Both the position numbers and the translations under genes were made by a program. The notes below the pieces were generated by a model. That model was not told the origin of the DNA. It ran no database searches and saw nothing but the letters and a program-made list of their open reading frames with translations. A stretch of DNA of 63,642 nucleotides, the filler included, from Octopus bimaculoides (lineage: Eukaryota): assembly GCF_001194135.2 (NCBI RefSeq). It is 8 parts of 8 records of this genome, joined end to end, with 100 filler letters (N's around TTAATTAATTAA, not from the genome) between each part and the next. Parts side by side here need not be neighbours in the genome. Positions count along the whole stretch, not along the records: positions 58,071 to 63,642 come from NC_068990.1; 7 more parts are not named here. One strand, given 5' to 3'. Shown here piece by piece: positions 58,998 to 63,642 of the stretch (position 1 is its first letter; each line of letters begins with the position of its first letter).

Positions 58998-59706
58998 TGT
59001 GTGTGTGTTCGCGTACGCACGTATGTATTATTTGTGGTATATTCCTTTGATGGCTTGTTTCGTGGTTTCTCAAATAACTTATATAACCGACTTCTTGTCT
59101 GACAGAATTCAAAAATTTAGCGCTCAAAGCTACTTCATACACACACACACACACACATACATGCACTCAAAGAGAGAGGGGAGGGGGAGGGAGAGAGAGA
59201 GAAGAGACGGTGAAAGAGGGTGGAGAGAGAGAGAGGATAAAGATATGTCTTTATCCACTGCTTAATTAGATCTAACTTCATCAGAAATCACATCTGTCAG
59301 TGCTTCTTACAAGTAATTACTTGTAAGCTCGGATTTTAAAAATGTTTATTGGACGAGAACATTCATAAACAAACAGTGGTGGAAAAGACGAGAGAGATTG
59401 GTGGGAAACAGTGGCGGCTCGTAGATAAAAGTAGTGGGCGTGCTACTTCGGAAAATTTTTAGCCGTTATTTTAATGTTGTGTAAAAGGAAATAAAGATAT
59501 AAAAAGAAAGTTTATACATATACTTGATCGGTTCGCGTTTTAGCCACTGCCGGTGGTGTGTTTAATTTGTTCACTGAACACCGCCGCGAATTCCCCTTTG
59601 CTTTTCAACTCACTATAAACAAACAACAAAAAAAGTCACACGATATAGTCGGCGAAATACTGCACACGTGAAGTTCCTGGTTTAAGTGCGTAATGATTGA
59701 AAAGCG

Positions 59707-60065
59707 TGGAGGCGCAATGGCCCAGTCGTTAGAGCAGCGGACTCGCGGTCATAGGATCGCGGTTTCGATTCCCAGACCGGTTTCGATTCCCACACCTAAA
59801 GCTCCAGGGGATGGTGGCGAACCCTGCTGTACTCTTTCACCACAACTTTCTCTCACTCTTACTTCCTGTTTCTGTTGTGCTTGTAATTCAAAGGGTCAGC
59901 TTTGTCACACTGTGTCACGCTGAATATCCCCGAGAACTACGTTAAGGGTACACGTGTCTGTGGAGTGCTCAGCCACTTGCACGTTAATTTCACGAGCAGG
60001 CTGTTCCGTTGATCGGATCAGCTGGAACCCTCGACGTCGTAAGCGACGGAGTGCCAACAACAACG
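59707..60065 (+). mobile_element. tRNA-derived SINE (family D) with duplicated B box and (CAA)n tail
   Basis: GGAGGCGCAATGGCCCAGTCGTTAGAGCAGCGGACTCGCGG...GGTTTCGATTCCC twice...gagtgccaacaacaac. Confidence 0.8.
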
Positions 60066-60439
60066 ATTGAAAAGAACGAACTGCTGGGTGCCATTTACTG
60101 AGCATTGTTATTGTCAATTTGGAAACTGTTAAATTAATTTTCCGATGATATTTCACTAGTGACATATGCACTAAACCCGGCAATATCAAAGATTCTGAAA
60201 AAAGTAAAGTCCTAGGCAAATTGAGAGGTCTGAGATTTGTATCGTGTTACTGGAAATTTAATTTTGCTATGGATTGGTCTGGAGAAAGAGTGTGTCCGTT
60301 GTCATCGCAAGCCTTCTGGCTTTAGTGAGACCGACGTAACCAGTTGAATTTGTGGTCAAATGTCCGAATCATTCTAGCTATAAATGAATATTAAAATCAG
60401 GAATAACCTATTACACTATTAAAATAACTCCTGGTTCGT

Positions 60440-60497
60440 TTTGTAGTACTGAGTTCGATTTCCACTGTTTTGTAGTACTGAGTTCGATTTCCACTGT
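60440..60497. repeat. 29-bp perfect tandem duplication containing a B-box-like GAGTTCGATTTCC
   Basis: ttttgtagtactgagttcgatttccactg twice. Confidence 0.85.
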
Positions 60498-62693
60498 TGT
60501 GATATGAAAGTCATTGACGGTGAACTGACAGAAGTAAGGTATTTTGTTGTGACTTTTTGTCTTGAGGACAATTTTGACTTTCATCTTTCATGTACTGAGA
60601 TCGATGCAATCAATCATACACCTTCTCCCAAGTTTCTGACGTTGTGCATATGGTGGAAATGAATATTGAATACAATGTATTTCCTGTCATCACCAACAGA
60701 TGTTTTACTCGCCTTGACCGAAGTAATAATTGTTATTATTTAGTCCTAAGTAGGATACGTTTAAGTAGAACAATGACCAAAGGCTTTCCAACCATAGCTA
60801 TAATATTTTTTCTACGGGGAGAACGTTCCTCGTATACAATATCCATTGTATCTAGATAATAAGGCATGGTTTTAGGGAGATTTGGCTGCTATTTGCTGCA
60901 GGTCGAGCAACCACGCAATTGTTTCTTGCTGGCTAATAATGGTTTCTTACAAAGAAGACGTAACACGAAATCTTTAAGTGGGAACAGAATATTGTGATAT
61001 TCATGCCTTTCCGAAGAGGAAATCATGGAACAGGGAAAAAAAAGATAACACTTCTCATGCACACCAAACGAACTTAAATGTAAGGTGTTTATTCTCCCAC
61101 TGAGGCACCACGTTGATAAGAACCGAAAATATGAAACCATTTGTGGTGTGAAAGGGATCAGGTAACGGCAAAACAAAATCGGCAGAGCACTACATCACTT
61201 AGTTCTATTTTAGAAAGATAAATAGAATTGAAAGCGACCGAAATTACATTCAGCGGGAGTTCAAAACCATACAAAAGGAATCAGTGTGTGTATTCTTTGC
61301 ATATAACATATTGAGCGTGTGCGCACACACTTACACACACACACACACACACACACACGCATACACACACACACAAAACTCTTCAGCCCAATTGATGCAT
61401 ATCTATACACACACGTATAGATAAGTAGAAAGAACAGTGGCGAAAGAGAAGTGTTGTTGTTGAGAATGATGAAAATTATATAGCTGGGTGTCAGGTTGTC
61501 GAAAATTTTAGGCGTCGTCTCCTGCAGATAGGAAGGTAGAATAGGAGAAAAACAGCAATATCAATGTTACTCACAGTAATTAATATGACGGTGTAAGAAG
61601 ACACGGGGGAGGAAGAAGAAGAAGAAGAAACAGAGTGAAAAGAAAAATGGGTGTGGAATAGTGAAAGTGAAACATATATACCTGTATTTTACATGGCTAA
61701 ATATATACAGCGTCAAATATTACTGTTCCCACTCTTTCCCCACAGAATCGTTTTTAACCCTCCCAACCAACCACTTTTCTTTCAGCTTCTCATCTCATTT
61801 TCTGCTTTTTTTCCTTTTCTTCTCTTTCCTTTTAATTTATTTGTTTTTCTTTTCTTTCTTATCATTTTCTTACTCGTCATATCCCTTTCTCATTTCTTTC
61901 TTTCTCACTATTTCTCACACTCTCTAACTCCGTCTTTTATCTTGTTCTATTCTCCCAACTTCGCTCATTCTTTCCCACCTGCTTCTCCATTTGGTTGCAA
62001 TTTTCGCATAACGTCAACTTCATCAGAAACGTTCGCATTATCGGAGAGTCGGTCAAAAAACAGGGTCAAGTTTTTCGGAAAGGTTCTTCAACCAAGGTAA
62101 ATGCTTTTATTTATACGTTGATATACACACACATTGACTTTCATACTCAGTGATACATAGTTTCTAGTGACGGAATTCTTTTTATTAAAATTACTACATA
62201 ATGGGCCAGTGAGTTGTAGAACTGATAGTCCATCGAGCAGTATATCGTGTAGTGTTTGATTACGTTCTGAGTTCTGAGTTCAAATCCCACCGAGACCGTT
62301 AAAAATTTTGTCCTTCTCATTTTTGCAAAAGTGAAATCATTATACCTTTATGGCTATGGAGATTCTTGTAGTAACGTTAAATTTAGAATAATCTTGAGCG
62401 TTTTATTTAATTAGACTTTCCATTTAAGTCAAACCGTTCAGTTGTCTTTACAGTATCCACTTTGTTTAATACAACAATGTGCAAACTCTAAACCGCATCG
62501 AAGTCCAACCGACTTCAATAAAATAGCCGTAAAATGTTAGGATGACAATTATTGGTGGCATCACTTCTTCTGTAAAAAAATAAATGAATAAATAAATAAA
62601 TAAATAAATAATAAACCATGAAGGAGGCCTCTAAGTGGACGGTCGATTTGCTTTGCAGTCAAATGTCTGTAAAACGAAACCCTACAACATTAA

Positions 62694-62921
62694 CCCATTT
62701 GGTACCATATTTCTATTAAAATACACTGCCTTTGTATCAGTTTTGAAATTAATGAAGAATTTAGTAAAATAACTTTGTCATTATTAAGCTGAGGTTTTGA
62801 ATATAAATTAACACGTCATTTTGACGGAAGGTTGTAAACTTAGAGTGCTTTAAAACAGGAAATTTGATTTATGGAACCAAGGGCGGTTTGGATGCTTTGA
62901 GACAGGTTGGTAACAAAAGGG
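62694..62921. mobile_element. piggyBac-like MITE, second family
   Basis: TTAA|CCCATTTGGTACCA...TGGTAACAAAAGGG termini; no ORF. Confidence 0.65.
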
Positions 62922-63642
62922 CAATTAAGAAAAGGACACATAAAATAATCTAGCCCCTCAACACTCTTGCAAAGACTGATAAACATGGCTGGAATGCCTT
63001 TAATTATATATCTGCACGAGAAGCGCTGGCCGAAGGTTAAACAAGTGGCTTAGTCAGTAGGCAGTTTCTTTTCCCGCCTCTCTCCACTTCTTTCCGCCGT
63101 CCCATTACTCTGTTGTTTTTGCGGTTGATACTGAAGTTGTTGTTTAGTCCTATTCAAGCAAGATCGATGTTTGCTTACCTTGATATTGTTGTATTACCCC
63201 TAGTCAGTCCAGATCGAACAGATCTATCGATTAAAGCCCTTCTAACCGTGTCTAACAATTTTCTTTTCTTTTATATCTAAATCTTCATCATCTGGTGTTT
63301 TAAGACAGGAAAGTGGATTTTGCATGAGATTTAGCTGCTGTTTCTAATTGATTGAGCGACCACCTGGAGTTTTTGCTTCTATGTTTATGCTAATATTGTT
63401 GTTTACCAAACCTCACCCACCCTAAACCCCACCACCACCACCACCACCAAATCGAGCAGACTTATGATTAAATGCGCTCTAGTTGTGACTTGTGATTTTT
63501 TTTTTTTTTCAGACCATAATATTCAATACGCTTATTGTTTTTGAAGACGGCAACGAAATTTGAAGAAAGTTTGGCTACTATTTCTAGCAAATCGAACAAC
63601 CACATAAAACCCCCTTGTTGGCTCATATCATTGACTCTGCTG

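Noticed and set aside
61500-62100. First exon or promoter of a gene (GTGAGT donor on minus at ~61570; AG|GTAA at ~62097)
   Set aside because: Isolated donor-like strings in low-complexity GA/CT sequence are expected by chance, and the 149-aa F/L/S-rich ORF is compositional.

Overview
AT-rich, microsatellite-dense animal genomic DNA from a fragmented draft assembly. Roughly 8.5-9 kb is N-gaps, and seven TTAATTAATTAA linkers sit inside N-runs. The tRNA/CORE-type SINEs, RTE and R4 LINEs and repeat load suggest an octopod cephalopod; this is inferred, not proven. Most of the window is decayed mobile DNA: several RTE LINE pieces, an R4-like LINE end, a CCHC gag/ORF1-like ORF, mariner and Tigger remnants, MITEs, Helitron-like ends and at least four SINE families. 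The only convincing host-type gene is on the minus strand at about 2800-5915. It has an intron-free CARD-like death-fold domain followed by at least five tandem copies of an unrecognised ~174-aa alpha/beta domain. The domain has a caspase-like or other Rossmannoid pattern but no catalytic motifs. The copies are mosaic and progressively disabled toward the 3' end. Other notable signals are five or six type I hammerhead-ribozyme-like motifs in small repeats, two RTE loci with 5'-inversion geometry, RTE variants carrying a PHD finger or three C2H2-like fingers, several long palindromes and a candidate 28-nt micro-exon. All alignments and folds were read by eye; no searches were run.
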